This document shows positions 30,998 through 45,947 of a stretch of DNA of 64,000 bases, piece by piece. Location: assembly GCF_009914755.1 (NCBI RefSeq), contig NC_060927.1; one strand, written 5' to 3'. A model generated the notes under the pieces. The model was not told the origin of the DNA. It did not search any database and saw nothing but the letters and a program-made list of their open reading frames with translations. The first letter of the stretch is position 1, and every line of letters begins with the position of its first letter. Position numbers and translations under genes: made by a program. This stretch comes from the human T2T-CHM13v2.0 reference genome, Homo sapiens.

Positions 30998-31602
30998 TCC
31001 ACTGGACTTCTCTTCTAAAGATGCTAACACTTAGGATATATCCCATCCTCAGCTTTCATAATAGAAAAGAATATCTTATCAGATTCAGGAGCAATTTGAT
31101 TGGAAAGGTTTAAAGGTCCATTTCCTTTTCCTATGAAGCACATTGATGCAGAACATATGACTGAAAAGGGTGTTCATAAAAATCACTACAAAAATAAAAA
31201 TAATAACTTGAACCAGTGGCTACCCACTTAGGAGATGGCATGTGTGTGCATTAACTTTTTAAAGATACTGTATTACACGGTGAATGAATTTGGTGTCACA
31301 GGTATCCAGAGAGGAGTATTCACCTACTTCCACAGCAGGATGCAAATGCCACCCCCAAAATAATCGTGGCTTCACTCTGAAAACAGGATGATGCAGAGAG
31401 GAGCCCCAACAGCCAAGTCTAGCATCAACCAGCCACCATGCAACTATCTGTTAAGTAATGATTTCATTAAAAAAAAGAAAACCACCAAAAGCATCTTAAT
31501 TTGGGGAGCACATCAAGGCCAGATGAGGGAAAATATTCATGAAAAGGGAAATACGAACCAAAGAACTGGCATTCCAAATGAAAACCCAGTAGTAGTATTT
31601 AC

Positions 31603-31697
31603 CTTCTAGATTCACTTTCAAAATCAAAAACTGCTGCTGTGGAAATTGTTCCGATGCTGTCAATTATAAAGCCAGAGCCCTCCGGGGAAATGAAGTA
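31603..31697 (-). pseudogene. Cadherin pseudogene exon 5: YFISPEGSGFIIDSIGTISTAAVFDFESESR
   Basis: taaacag|TAC...AGA AG|gtaaat; 95 nt, phase 0 to 2. GTI...FDFE motif. Confidence 0.92.
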
Positions 31698-34642
31698 CTG
31701 TTTATTGGACAGTAAAGAGAAAGCAAAATATTGCAGATACATCAACTACTTCCCTGGCCTGATTCCACGCATCTCTAAAAACCAGGCGTGAAATCTCTTT
31801 GTGCTCTGAGCCCATTCCCACTCCCCTGACCCCCCTCCCCTATACATGATAGACGCTCAGTAAATGTTCGTAACTGATGATGATGATGATGAAGTTATAT
31901 TCCATTCAACCAATTTCAAGTTTCAATTCTTTCAAGTTTCTATTCTTGAAAAATTTCTATTCTTTTTCAAGAATAGAAAAATGAATTTTCCTGTTCTCTT
32001 ATGTTCAGTATGTTATCTGAACATTTCTCACAACACTTCCCCCAATGCTAAAATTAAATAAAAAGGAGTTTACATTTAGAGAAACATGCTGACTGTTTAA
32101 TGAGAACTCAGGGATAATTTTGTTTGTTTGCTTGTTGATGGAAAGAATGGGCTTTTATGTGGAGGGAGGTCGTGGAGCTAAAGAAGGAAAAAAAATATGA
32201 AATACTCCGACGTCTGTTCATCTGAATTTGTATGTGTAGGCACAGGCAATATTTTATCAAGTTGTTTTCTTAACCTGTCTTTGATTTTCATTTATACTGC
32301 CTTCCAGTTGCTCTGTTAAGTGCTTCAAACACGTTGTCTTTTAATTCTCACAATAACTCTATGTCATAGGTACTGATATTATCCCTATCTCACAGATAGA
32401 AACACAGGCTTAGAAATTTCAAGTGGCTTGTCCCCAGTTTGAGAGCTGAGTGTTTAGTCACTTTACATCATGTCTCTCTGTTCTCCACATTTTATCCCTA
32501 AGATAAACTTCTCGAGAAAGACAGCAGTGGAAGTCAGGGTCTCTCATCTAGGTGAGAATCAAATGACCAGAAAAATCCAGGGCAAAAATCCATAAGAGAA
32601 TTAATATCAAGAGTTCATTACCCTGAGTGCTATTTACTTAACAATTGTGTAGACACAGAGATCATTTAATAGAGAAGATTAAGCCCAGAAGAACTGCAAA
32701 GCAACCTCAAAATCTTTTGGAGAAATGAGTGACCTTTTAATTTATCGACTTTCTGATGAATCATCATGTTCTGATTCGTTTTAATTCATACCATCCATTT
32801 CCATATATGTAAATGAGATGGACTTGATTTCTGCTCTTTCTGTAGAACAATGTAGAATATTAGCATTCAGGAACACAGGCAAATCCATTACATATTTACT
32901 TTTACGTCAAACACGGGAATAATAATGCTTATTTCATGGGGAAAGGAAGAAAGGCAGTTGTGGTTAAATTACCTGAGAGCACTCACAGACACTGGGTCTG
33001 GTTATATATAAATATATATGATTTTTAAAAGATGCTTGCATTTATGTTTGCAGTTCCAAATTCAATTTCGGTGTCACACAGTTGTCAACAACTGTTTGGG
33101 AGCAATGCACATGGGGAAGCTACATCTTCATGAGGTTTAATTTTTCATAAAATTCAATACCCTTTTTTAAAAAAAAATTTGATGACACTGATATGAACAA
33201 CTCCCACTGTCCTTTAGGGAAGGTTTGGAGATGGTGGTTGCTAGGCAGCCAGGGCCATCACCGGGAAAGCCACCGAAATGAAAGTTTCCCCCGAACAGGA
33301 AAGCAGTCCTAGGGATGAGAAATTAACTCTCTGTGGGGCCAGGCAACTTAGATTCTTTTTCTGTTTGTTTTTTTCCCCTCCCATTGTATCTGTAATGATG
33401 CCATCAACTGGTGAAGAAATATTTGAGCCACAAAATAACAATGGCAACCCAACTCCCAGGTTCTGAAGCATGAGAACAGATTACTGGGGAGAATGTGTGT
33501 CAAAAGGAGCCATCAGTTTTTCTGGATGGACTTATCCACAGAATCCGCTTTATTCCCTTCTCTGAAAGCCTTGTTCATGACTATTTGCTTTTAGAGAAGC
33601 TTGGGAATTGGAAATGTCAGTGCCCAAACTTCAGGTCAAACACAATGAGAAGAGTTAGAGCCTCTCCAACAGCTGGCAAGCTTGGTGCTTCAAGAGCAGG
33701 GACATAGAAACCATGGCTGGATTCTTCTGGGTTCTTAGCATCATTGATAATAAAAATAACAACAGTGATAGCTATCAGTTACTCTGACCCTGTGCTCAGG
33801 TTGTTCCTTAATGAATTCATTTAACCCTTGAGATAATGCTAGCCCATCTTACAGGTGAGGAAACTGAGGCTTGCAAATGTTAAGGAAGTGATCCAAGAAT
33901 ACATAACTAGTGAGTGGTTAGGCTGAAATTCAAACCCAAGTCTTTCTGACTCCAGAGCCATTATGTTATTCTGCTGGTCTCATGGAAGACTACATTCCTG
34001 GGAGAAATACAATATGTCTTTCTATTTTTAAACTTGTTTTAAAAACATTTTGAGAGGGGATTAAAGAATCTAGGTGGGTGAAAACGTTGTTACGGAGCAA
34101 CTCAGTGTCACTGTTTACAGAGGAAGATGAGGAAGGATAAGGAAAGAAAGGACAGGAAGGGGACAGAAGGGGAGGACAAGGCAAGAGAAGAATGGTCTAA
34201 AATGGAGCCCTGAGAACTTGCAACATTGGAAGGGCCAACAGAGAGGGGTAAACCAGGAAACAAAATAAGACACAGTCGTTCTTTCTTTCTTTAACCTCAT
34301 TTAATCCTCATAACAGCCCGGAGGAAGATCCTATTATTAACCCTATTACAATTTAAAAAAAAAAAACAAAAAAAACTGAGGTACAGAAAGGTTAGGAGAC
34401 TTGCCCAGGGTCACAAAGCTAGAAACTAACAAAGCCCAAATTTTAACCTAAGCTACTAACCTTAGAATCCGTGCTCTTCTGCTGATATACTATGTCTAGT
34501 TCGGTTGATCGACCCAGAGTAACATTTTCTTGAGGGGTATTAGTACTGAAGTATGATCTGGGCTGATTTTTTTTTCCTAATAGAAAAATATTTTATGATT
34601 CTTTTGAAGCACAAATATTGGCTAATCACTGATCACTTACAA

Positions 34643-34983
34643 CAGGGGTTCCCCAACCCCCAGGCCACAGACCAGTACTGGTACGTCATCTGTTAGAAAC
34701 TGGGCCTCACAGCAGAAGATGGGCGGCGGGCGAGCGGGCATTACCACCTGAGCTCTGCCTTTTGTCAGGTCAGTGGGCATTAGATTCTCATTGGAGTGTG
34801 AACCCTATTGTGAACTGCGCATACAAGGGATCTAGGCTGCACGCTCTTTATGAGACTTCAGCTAATGCCTGATGATATGAGGTGGAACAGTTTCATCCTA
34901 AAACCATCTCCCCTTCCTCCATTCATGGAAAAATTGTCTTCCACAAAACCAGTCCCTGGTGCCAAAAAGGTTGAAGACCGTTG
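34643..34983 (+). mobile_element. MER1B (hAT-Charlie MITE)
   Basis: caggggttccccaacccccaggccacagaccagtactgg...ccaaaaaggttgaagaccgttg. Confidence 0.85.
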
Positions 34984-35117
34984 ATCTACAAAACCTTGTA
35001 TAGGAGAGATACACTTTTAAGAAAATAGTTTCAAACTATAAATACACATATAATCCTATCCATTACATTAGTGTAACTTTGAATCTTCATTTTGGGACTA
35101 TGTAGAGTAGAATATCA

Positions 35118-35511
<394 letters not shown>

Positions 35512-38500
35512 TTACATGAAATCCTTTTTCCTTTCCTCCACAGTATATTAGATCCCTCTCATACATCCACTTTATAAGCAATAGGAATGGTTTTTTACCT
35601 GTAAACGTCCACTGGACTATTAGAGCCATTATCCTTCCTAGCACAAATCCTTATGAACCACTCTAATACATTGTCCTTATAGCCAGCTATAAAGCTAGAC
35701 ACCTCTATGCAAGTTTTCGCTGTAGTATCTTTGCTTGCTGAACCCAGACCCAGCCTCAGAATCCTTCTCAACACTCCTGAGAGCCTCTATCCATCAATAA
35801 GAGAGGGTATGCAAGTGGAGTATGATTTGCCATCCCTGACCTAGCCGGATTTTCTCAGTGGACTTACCCAGGTGTTTACTGTTTCCCTGGTAGCAGCCAA
35901 GACATCTGAAAACAAATATTTGTAATATATGCAGAATTGTTGAATCCTAATACCTGGTGTAGGTGGGCCCAGGAATGTGAATTTCTAACAGGCTGACCAA
36001 AGTAATGTTTATGTACTCTGAATCTGGTTCTTTTAAGGCGATTTTCAACCTTGGCTATACAATAGAACCACCTGGAGAGCTTTAAATGGGACAACGTCCA
36101 GAACACACCTGAGACCAGTGAAATCAGAATCTTGGGGGTGTAACCTGGGAACGAATATTTATTAAATGGTGTATAATTTCATAGTGCAGCCAAGTCTAGG
36201 ATCTTGCTATAGCACATCTACCTCTTTTTTTTTTTTTTTTGGCACCTCAATGCAGTAATCTATTTAAGACCTACATCTTTCATGGATCTGAGTAGATCAG
36301 TATTCATCATTCTTTCACATCTTCCCATTAGACGATTAACTGCATGATTTAACACTTGGTTTGTATAGGTTCTCTTGCAGCTCAGTGGCCTTTGTTTTTG
36401 ATATGTATCTTCAGGTTTCCCCAGAAACAGACCCTAAGATGAAAATTTGTGTGGAATTTATTTAGTAAGTGCTTCAGAAAAACTGTGGAAGAGGGATTGA
36501 GATGGCAAGGAAGCCAAACAAAAGTGTGATTGCAAAGTCCCACAGATGCAGCTTTAGCTTGGCCCTGTAGGCAAGCTCAGGAGTACACGTTATGCCTCAG
36601 AGTTGTCCCCACACAAGGAAAAGAGATGGGGCTTTCATATTCATTGAGTGGTTAAGGGTTACTCCAGGGAGATGTAAATTCCCAGGTACTTTTTGTTTTT
36701 TCAACCTGCAAGAAACACCCAAAGGCAGCCCTCTCTTCTGGGTGATGGAAGCAGAAGCACATTGAAATTGGTGGAGAATGGGGTGCACCACACAAAAATG
36801 GCAAAAAGGTATCCAAAGGGATATGGGAAGAGCATGGATATTGTCCACTGCAGTCTCTAAAACTTCCTTTGTTGGAGAAGGCTGAAATAATTGTTTGGCT
36901 GAATCATACTAGAAAGCAGAGTTAGTTACCATATTAGGAAATCAATCACCTTATATGTGAGTAGCATTTAATTCTGTCCCTCCCATATTCTTTGATAAGT
37001 CTGTTAGCAAGTGGGTTTCATTTCATCTCTGAATTGATTGGTAAAGGCTACCCAGAGCATTGTACTGAGAGAAAAGGTGAGCTCAGGTTCAGTTAGTGAT
37101 GCCTGCGGTGAGCAAATGAGAAGGCACCCAATACTGTCAGTGAACTCTGATGCCTCTGGTACCATCAGAATGCCTAGGGAGCTTTTAAAAAATACTGATG
37201 CCTGGGCCCACCCCAAGAGATTCTGATTTAATTGGTCTGAGAGGGGGCCCTGGCATTTGTGTTTTATTAAAAGCATCCCACTTGGTTCTATTGTTGCAGT
37301 CAAGACAAAGAACCACAGTAATATTCACCATGAATTGCCATGCTATATTCCAGTTGTTCCAGGCAATATTTTCAAGAATACTTTAAAACAATGAAATAAA
37401 TCCTCCTAAAAATAAATATTTTCTTATAATTTCTTCCTTAGTCTCATAAAAATTTCTTTTTCAAATGTGAACATCAGGACTTTTTTGTTGGTTTTGTCTT
37501 GGGCCTTCAACAAAGTGTTGACTTAAACATGCTAACTGATGCCAGATCTTCATCTTGCGTGAAAAGACTTAAATTCTTGATTTCTTTTCGTATATCCTTC
37601 AAATATTTACACTCAGAGACATACATACCTCTGTAAAACAATCATCTTTACCTATAGAAAACGTTGCCAGAATGTATACATTTGCAGTGTGTAACACAGA
37701 AAATAATAATTCATTGTGCAATTGTTTGGACTTTATTGCTTGCAGCAAAATGATTTAGCAATGGCATGACTACCAGCTACAGTATGTTACAAACTTGCAT
37801 GCCATCTTGTGGAGGATGTTGCAAGTTGTGCAACTATGAAGTAAACAACTGCCCCAAAAATATTTGTTAAAACTGTGATTGTGGTTTTCTCCAAATACCT
37901 GACTTTCACTTGAAGAATTAAAGATATTTTTCTAGATAATTAAAGCTTTTCTTAAAATCACTTTTCCACAATTATATAGCTACTTCAAGCCAAATTGTTT
38001 TTCGGCGTGAATAACCCAGATAATTGCCTCCATTCTCAAGTTTATTTGGCCACTCTATGCCTAAACTAAATGATATTTCATCACATAACAAAATTATCTA
38101 ACATCATATCATATGACTCAAACCTTTTCCCCCCTTTCTCTTGGTGTCACAAAAAGATAAAATTTTAAGATGACGTTAGGGTAGAAGACCAGGACACTGG
38201 GAGCAACCCAGAAATTAATCTCTCAAGTGGTTCTGCAAACATTTCCTGAGAGTCTATTATGAATTAAGAAAAACAAGGCCCACTGCCTGTTTACGTGAAG
38301 GAAGAACACAGATAATACAATTTTATAGGAGCATTGATATGTCTACAGGACCACAAACCGATTAGGTAAAAGACAACCATTCCCTTGCTATGTAAATTGG
38401 CATCAAGTAGCCCAAAGAGTTAGTTTTTCTACTAGGTGCAAAAGGTTTACATCCCTAGGTAATCTCACCTTTTTAATAAATATGAGAAAAGATTTGTGTG

Positions 38501-39497
38501 CGTCGGCACTATCCAGGTGATGTGGTATTACATGAACAGCAAAACATTTTTGTTTTGTCTTGTTTCGTTGTCTGTTTACTTTGACCAGGTTAACCATTGA
38601 CAAATCTTCATTTTTATTTCTGCGAATAGACTTAAATTATGGATTCCTGTGTAGTGATGCCATGAATGGGTTCCCACTCCTTTCACACGCTCTCCTTCTT
38701 GACACTGACCACAGTGGGTTTTAAGGAAACCCCAAAGAGCTCTTTCTGTTCCCAAAAAGATAGCCACCCTTATTCTCCTTCAAGGGCAATGACTATATCA
38801 ACTGTTTAAATCTCCTAAGAGACTAGTCTCAAGCATAAATTATAATCAATGCAGACTATTCACCTCCTGCCACCTTTAAGCAACCACCAGGACATATCCA
38901 TCATACCTCACATATCTCAGTCATCCCAGGAAGTTCAGTCCTCATCACCAGGACAACCGCTTATCCCACTGATATCATCAAACCCTTTCAATATGTCCTC
39001 AAAAATTTAGTCTCTCATCAGCAACCCCCCTTTTATCCTCCACCTCTTCTCTGAATGTTCCCTTTCCCTTTCACATTTCTCTGGACAATTCCCTCTCCTT
39101 CTCTTGGAGGCAGCAAATTCATGCCTTTTTCCCCTTCTTCGAGTCTCCAGCACTCCCCACAACCCCCTCCCTCTCCTCACTCTCTGCTGCTGGCCTCATT
39201 TCTTATTTCACTGAGTGGAAGCAATCAGAAGAAAATATCCACTGCCACTATTTAAAATTCTTGATTATCGTTTTAAAATTGCAAACTATTCCTCTATAGA
39301 GTTCCTTATCCTTTTCACTGCTTTATTTTGCTCCGTCACACTAGGCAGCATCTGATATACCAAAATATATGGGCAATCTTCCTACCGCTAGAATATCAGC
39401 TCCATGAGAGCAGAGATTTTTGTCTGTTTCCTTCACTGTTAAAGCCCCACTTCTTAGAATATGCTTGGGACAAATAAGCGCTCAATAAATAATTGTT

Positions 39498-39789
39498 GGT
39501 CAGGTGTGGTGGCTCACACCTGTAATCCCAGCATTTACTGAGGCCAAACAGGACAATCGCTTGAGCCCAGGAGTTTGAGACCAGCCTGGGAAACATAGCA
39601 GGACACTGTTTCTACAAAAATTTAAAAAATTAGCCAGTGGTGGTGACATGCACCTGTAGTCCCTGCTACTTAGGAAGCTGAGATGGGAGGATCACCTGAG
39701 CCTGGGAGGTTGAGACTTCAGTGAACTACGATCATGCCACTGCATTCCAGCCTGGGCAAGAGAGCAAGACTCCATCTCAAATACCTACA

Positions 39790-39822
<33 letters not shown>
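39498..39822 (+). mobile_element. Alu (AluJ-like) with a (CA)n tail, inside L2
   Basis: Alu consensus. Confidence 0.9.
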
Positions 39823-39826
<4 letters not shown>

Positions 39827-40425
39827 TTGGAAGGGCAAAAGAACGAACATGCAATTACTCTACTTGCCATTTTGAATATGTTCCCTTATACCCCATCTTC
39901 CTCCGTTTCTATAAACAAACTGTGCTTCTGACAGTAGGCCCTCCACTCATGCCTGGATGCCATCACTTCAACAACTGTTGTCACTAACTCCTGCATTATT
40001 CATTTTCTCCTCTCTATTGGATTATCCCTATCCACATAGAGCATGCTATAATATTTCTCATCATTCCAAAGTAAAAATTTCCCTTGATTCCAAAATCTCC
40101 TTTAGGTACTATCCTATTTCCCTGCTCTGCTTTTTAGGAAAATTCTTCGAAAGTTGTCTCTGCTCACTATGGCTACTTTCCTCACCTATCATTCTCTTGA
40201 AACTTCTCCAATTAGACTTTCATTCTCACTTCACCAAATGAACCCACTTATCAAGGTCACCAAAGATCTCCTTTCATTCACTCATTAAACACCTCCTATG
40301 TGCCAGGTACTTGTCTGAGTTCTAGCAATTAGCATTTTGCCACTTCAGTGATTGGTGATCTCAGTTCTCATCTCCCTCAACATCTCAGCTGCACTTGACC
40401 AATCTCTCCTTGAAATACATCGTCC

Positions 40426-41139
40426 TGAGGCAGGAAAATAGGGTCTGGAGGCAGGGAACCTAAGGCTGTTTCACTACCACTTCCTAGAACTAAATTGAAA
40501 GGAAAACCCTAACTTTCCACACCTAAGTAACAAAAGGATCAGAGGCTACACTCTGCAAACCCCCCACCTTTTCTGCCCTGCAGGTGGGAAATTGGCTGTC
40601 TGCAATAAATCAGCCTGGTTGCCGTCCCGTCTCCCTTTGCAAATTTTTAACTTCACTCCAGCCTCTGAATTGTTGCTGTTCACAACCAATCAGACTGATT
40701 GCGGGCAGAGCCTTTGTTTGCATAGAAGTTTAACTTTGTAACTTCACCCCAGCCTCTGATTGGTTACTTTTTGCAACCAATCAGATGTTTGCATAGGAAT
40801 GTGACCTTTTTAACTTCACTTCAGCCTCTGGTTGGCTGCTTTCTGCAACCAATCAGACTGATTGAGGGCTACCATTTTATTTACATGAGGTGAGCAGGAA
40901 GTGGCCAATGGGAAACGTCTAGGGGGTATTTGAACCCAAGAAGATCCTGTATCCTTGCCCTTGAGCTGCTGCTCAGGTCTGTTCCCACACTATGGAATGT
41001 TCTTTCGTTTTCAATTAATGCCTGCTTTATTCTTTCATTGCCTCACTCGTTCTTTGCTTTGCTGGTCCTTTTGTCCAATTCTTTGTTCAAAATGCCAAGA
41101 ATCTGGACAACTTGCAGTCACGACCCTCTACCAGTGACA
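40426..41139 (+). mobile_element. MER51-like ERV1 solo LTR
   Basis: TG...CA termini, start tgaggcaggaaaatagggtctggaggcaggg; 4-bp TSD gtcc/gccc; internal sub-repeats with CCAAT boxes. Confidence 0.85.
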
Positions 41140-42199
41140 GCCCTATACTTCTGGGAGACACTCCACTCTCCTGATTTTCCTTTTACCTTGCTGGTCCTGT
41201 TCAATCTCATTTGCTCAATCGTCCTCTTCCTTCTAACCGCCCGAGGTGATCTCATTTGGTTCCAGGCTGTAAACACTGTGTACAAACTGGTAATTCCACA
41301 TTGACACTCCAGGCCCCATGTCTTTGATGAACTACGTATTTTTAAACCTACTTGCCTACTCTTTCTGGTTGTTTAATTGGCTTCTCAATGTAAACATGTT
41401 CAAAACAAAGCACGTGATTTTCCTCCTCAACCTCATTTCTCTTTAATGAGTTGCTCAGGCCAAAAACCTAGAAACAATCTTGATCCCTCTCTTTCCATTA
41501 TATCCCACACCCAATTTGTCAAGTTTGTCAACATTACCTCCAAAATATATGCAAACTGCCAACGTGTTTAGGGGGAAAGGGCAACCATGTTTGCAATTTA
41601 CTTTGAAGTACACAAATATAATAAGAGGAATTCATATATGGATACAAAAATGGATAATGTGATAATGCAGAGACAGTAAAATATTAATAATAGAATCTAG
41701 TGGTGGGTATATGGGTGTTCACTCTTTCAATTTTTCAGCTCTTTCACCTTTTTGGTATATTTAAAATTTTCTATAATGAAATGTTGGGAAAAATATGTAA
41801 AATGCAATAACTTCTCATCACCCCAACTGCCCCCATCATCTCTCACCTGGACTGTGGCAGTCACCTCTAAATGGTCTCCCTGCTTCCACTCTTGCCTCTT
41901 GACCGTCAACTTTTTCACACACAAGATAGTTTGATCTTTTAAAAATATTAATATGATTCATTCCCCTACCAAAAATTTCCAAGGGGATTAATCCCACATT
42001 AGCCAAAAGAAGATCCAGAATCCTTACCAATGTTTAAAAGAACCCACAAAATCTGATTGCTGGCTACATCTCCAATGTCTTCTTTCTAATTCTCCCACTC
42101 ACTCTTTGCTCTTCAATTAAATCACTATCTTTGTGGTGCCTTCCAAATAAATGCTAGCCTGTTTCTTCCTCGGGGCCTTTGTCAGCAACATTCTACCCC

Positions 42200-43430
42200 A
42201 AGATATATGCAATATACAATTTTGACTAATCTAAGTGTAGCTTCAAATAACACTATATGACTTTATAGATAGTGTGGGTATCTTATAAGAAAGTTCTTAT
42301 TTCCAGTTTCTCCTCTTGTCACTTATGATGTTGCTGCCATTCATTTCACTTACGCACTTGATATAATCACCCAATACACTGTTAGTATTAAAGTGATCTT
42401 TTAGATCAACTAAAAGGAGAAATACATATACTTTACCTTCATTTATTCCTTCTATATCCTTCTTTATGCAGATCCAAGTTTCTGCGCCATATAATTTTCT
42501 TTCTCCCTGGAACTTCTTTAACATTTTTTGCAGGACAGGTGTCTGGTGGTCATGAATTTCCTCAGTTTTTGTTTGTCTGAGAAAGTCTTTATTTCTCTTT
42601 AGCTTTTTTTGTTTATTTGAGGTATATTTGACCTCAATTTAAAATTGGATATATCTAAGGTATGGAATTTGATGACTTGATATAATTTTGTTGGATATAT
42701 TTTATTTAAATTTCAATAAAATCTCATTTTAAATACTTCATTCCACTCTCATTTTGTTTGGTTTCTAATGAAAAGTCTGCTGTAATTCTTATCCTGTTCC
42801 TCTATAGGTAAGGTGTTTTTCCCTCTGGCATGTTTCAAGATTTTCTCTCTCTCTCTTTGGTTTCTGAGGCTTGAATATGGTATGTCTAGGGGTATGTGTG
42901 TGTATGCAGTTATGTGTGAATATATAAAATCTGGTAGATGAGTCCCAGATAATATAAGGCTCAGACAAAGACTTTTCCTTTGGAGGGTAGGCCTTTGTCC
43001 TGCAGAAAACTCTGGGATTATTTCACCATGATTCTCTTCTCTTCCCTCTCCCAGAGACACAAGGTGTTCTTTCTTGGATCTTTGCTGTGAGAACCCAGTA
43101 GAGTTCATAACGGTAAAACTTACAAAAGTGTAGGACTACCCTCACAAGACTGTGACACACAGTTTCTCACTCTCCTGCTAGTCCACACTTAGCCTCCAGT
43201 AATTCATCAAAGCTACCAAGTATATCTTCCTACCAGTCTATGGTTCCAGAAGCTTCTGTGCCAAATAAGCAGAGATTGGCTAGCAGTCTTCCGTTTACCT
43301 GTCACTCCAGATTTTGGAGTGGCAGTTTGCCCTAAGGCGTCCAAGAAAAGTTTTGATTTTCATTTTGTTCAGCCTTTCTTTGTTGTGAAGATGAGAAGTC
43401 CCACTTTTTCTACATCTCAGAACAAATATC
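42200..43430 (-). mobile_element. Old L1M fragment(s)
   Basis: Degenerate L1 ORF1/5'-region-like text (EKILKHARGK...). Boundaries approximate. Confidence 0.6.
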
Positions 43431-45858
43431 AGGGATTCTTAACATGTAGAGTAGCAATGGTGGTGAAGTATGAAAAGCCCTGGCCCTGGAATTTAGGTAG
43501 GTCTAGATGTGGATATAATCCAGACTCGTTACATTGTCATTTATTCAGCAATTACTATGGAATTTCATCTTTCACCTTTCATCTTTCTAATAACCCCAGA
43601 GATAGATCATATTAGATCAATCTTACAGGGTGATCTAGCACAATCTTCCTACTCTGTGGATTCTAGTTAGGCATTGTATAAGATGTTAACAGGTGTTACA
43701 TTTTTTTAAGTGCAATGGACAAATAATTGGAACAAATTTGATTAAACACACATCTCTCTATTAGACAACTCCACAGGGAATTTAATGTGCTGTGTATTGT
43801 TAATTCAGGGGAGATGTGTAGACATCATTTCCCAAAATAATTTGATCACAGGATCTTTTATTTTTCTCATGGAGCATCTGGTAAACTGTGTGTTTTGTGG
43901 AATACTTTGGGAACTGTTGGTATGATAGGAAACATGCAAGATTTAGAGCAAGATGGACATGAATTTGAATTGTAACTCCACTACTTACTGTTGAGGCAAA
44001 TTACTTCATTTCTATTGGCCTCATATTCCTCCTCTATAAATTAAAAATATAATACTTCTTTAGCAATATATTAGGTAATACTATAGCAACAATAGCATCT
44101 ACTACAGGGATTAACATGGGGATTTAATATATAAAGTATGTGCCTATCACATAATAAACACTTAATAGTTATTAATATTATTTTACTATCATCATCATCA
44201 TCAGGCCCCAAAACAGTGGCAGCCTCTTCCTAATATTAGAACTTGTTTTTCTGTGAATCAATATAAAGACTGAAACAAATGAATATTGTAACCCAGTCAT
44301 GAGTACATGAATAGCATCTGGCCTGATCTACTGTGTCACAATGATGTATGTAGGAGTGTGTCTAAATGTAAGTTTCCACAGCCTATGTCACCGCTGAAAT
44401 GTCATTCCATGATTGGTGAAATTCTGAGAGAACATTGCATAGACCTTCCAAATATGGCCCAGGAACAAATTCTCTTCTGTGAAAAGTGTAGGGCCGGAAC
44501 CAGAAACATTTAATCTCTATGAGCAAGCATTTAGAAGTCCTTTATTTGAAATGAATTACTTGCATTAATTGTCTAGTAAGTCATTTTGATTGTACATTGG
44601 AGTCACAGCTAAACCCTATTGGACTGTGGTGTGTTTTATGCCCTATAATGTCAACATTTTAGGTGGGTGAGCTGCCATGGAGAACAACAAGGAAGCAATT
44701 GTGTTATGATATCTGATTCCTGTGCGGCTGGAGCTGCTCAGTGCTGCATTCAATCCTATAATCTTGAACATGCTGATTTGGAGCAATATGCATGATTACG
44801 TGGTTGAATTGCATGTTACAGAGAAAGCTGTGACCTTTCCAGTCCCATCCTGGATGTGGCATTGTGCTATTGGGAGAAGGAGGAGACAAATGTGTGTGGG
44901 GAAGCTTGTGTAATTATTCAAGTGTACTCAATACTTTTTAAAACCATGTGGACAATACCTCAAATATTAGTGGACATCTACTGCTTAAAGAAAATTTTGT
45001 ATGATTCAAGTTGCCTGGAGCAAGTATCCAATAGCATTACCAAAAGTTGTAAATATTGAGTGTACAGCATCAACATGTTCAATTGTGTAATTTTTAGCCA
45101 GTCTGGGAAGGCAATACAACACTAAAAATGAAAGACACAATATTATTTTCTATCAATTCATTAGCTAAAATATTATAGTTTAATAATGCCATAACCGTTC
45201 CATATGGCATAAAAAATTAAGACATTATTATAAAGCCTATCATTTGCAAAATGTTTTACAGTTTAAAAACTACTTTCATGTTCATATAAACATAATCAAA
45301 TATTATGTTTAATTATAATGAGAGAAAGCAATATGAGACAAGAAAAAGCAGGTGTCATTTTCCCAATTTTACAGTTGAAACAGCAAAGCAGAAATGTTAA
45401 GTGATTTGCAGTAGTAGAGTAAGAACTTAAACCCAAGCCTCTTGGTACCAAGCCCATAGTTTCCTCTCCATCTAGGGCATTATAAAACCTGAGGACGAGA
45501 CCTAGAGTTTTGAAATACAAATTAATTCTGCCAGAAAGCTGGATTCTTTCTCTACCTGTGTATAGCCAAGATTCCTAAGAACAAAATGAAATGTCTTGAC
45601 ATCTTTTGCTAAAGTTACTTAAGGATTAGGTTGGGTCGGCCTGCACAGGATGGAATGTACTAGAAGGGAAGCAATTACCTGGACAACCCAGACCTTAATC
45701 ATTTTCACCTAAAGTATCCTGATAATTGAGGCAAAGGTATGTTTGAAACCTAAGTTGTGGGTATAAATGACTTGATTGCCTCCATGGCTTTATATTTGAA
45801 TTCAATCACACATAAAACCACTAGGCACTGTTATTCTCTGTCCCAAAGCATAAATTAC

Positions 45859-45947
45859 CTCCAAAACGGTATCCTCTGGGTCGTTGGCCGCTGCTCAGTA
45901 AATGACTGTGCCTGGGGCAATATCTTTCAGGATATAAATCTCAGTAA
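45859..45947 (-). pseudogene. Cadherin pseudogene exon 4 (EC2 start) with in-frame stop: TEIYILKDIAPGTVIY*AAANDPEDTVLE
   Basis: ttttctggcag|TT...TTG GAG|gtaatt; 89 nt, phase 1 to 0. PGTVIY and AxDPE cadherin motifs. TGA at 45895-45897. Confidence 0.9.

Noticed and set aside
38469-38560. Minus-strand open stretch ending in a donor-like AAG|GTGAGA
   Set aside because: No cadherin features; exons 4 and 5 already join in phase with a continuous domain.
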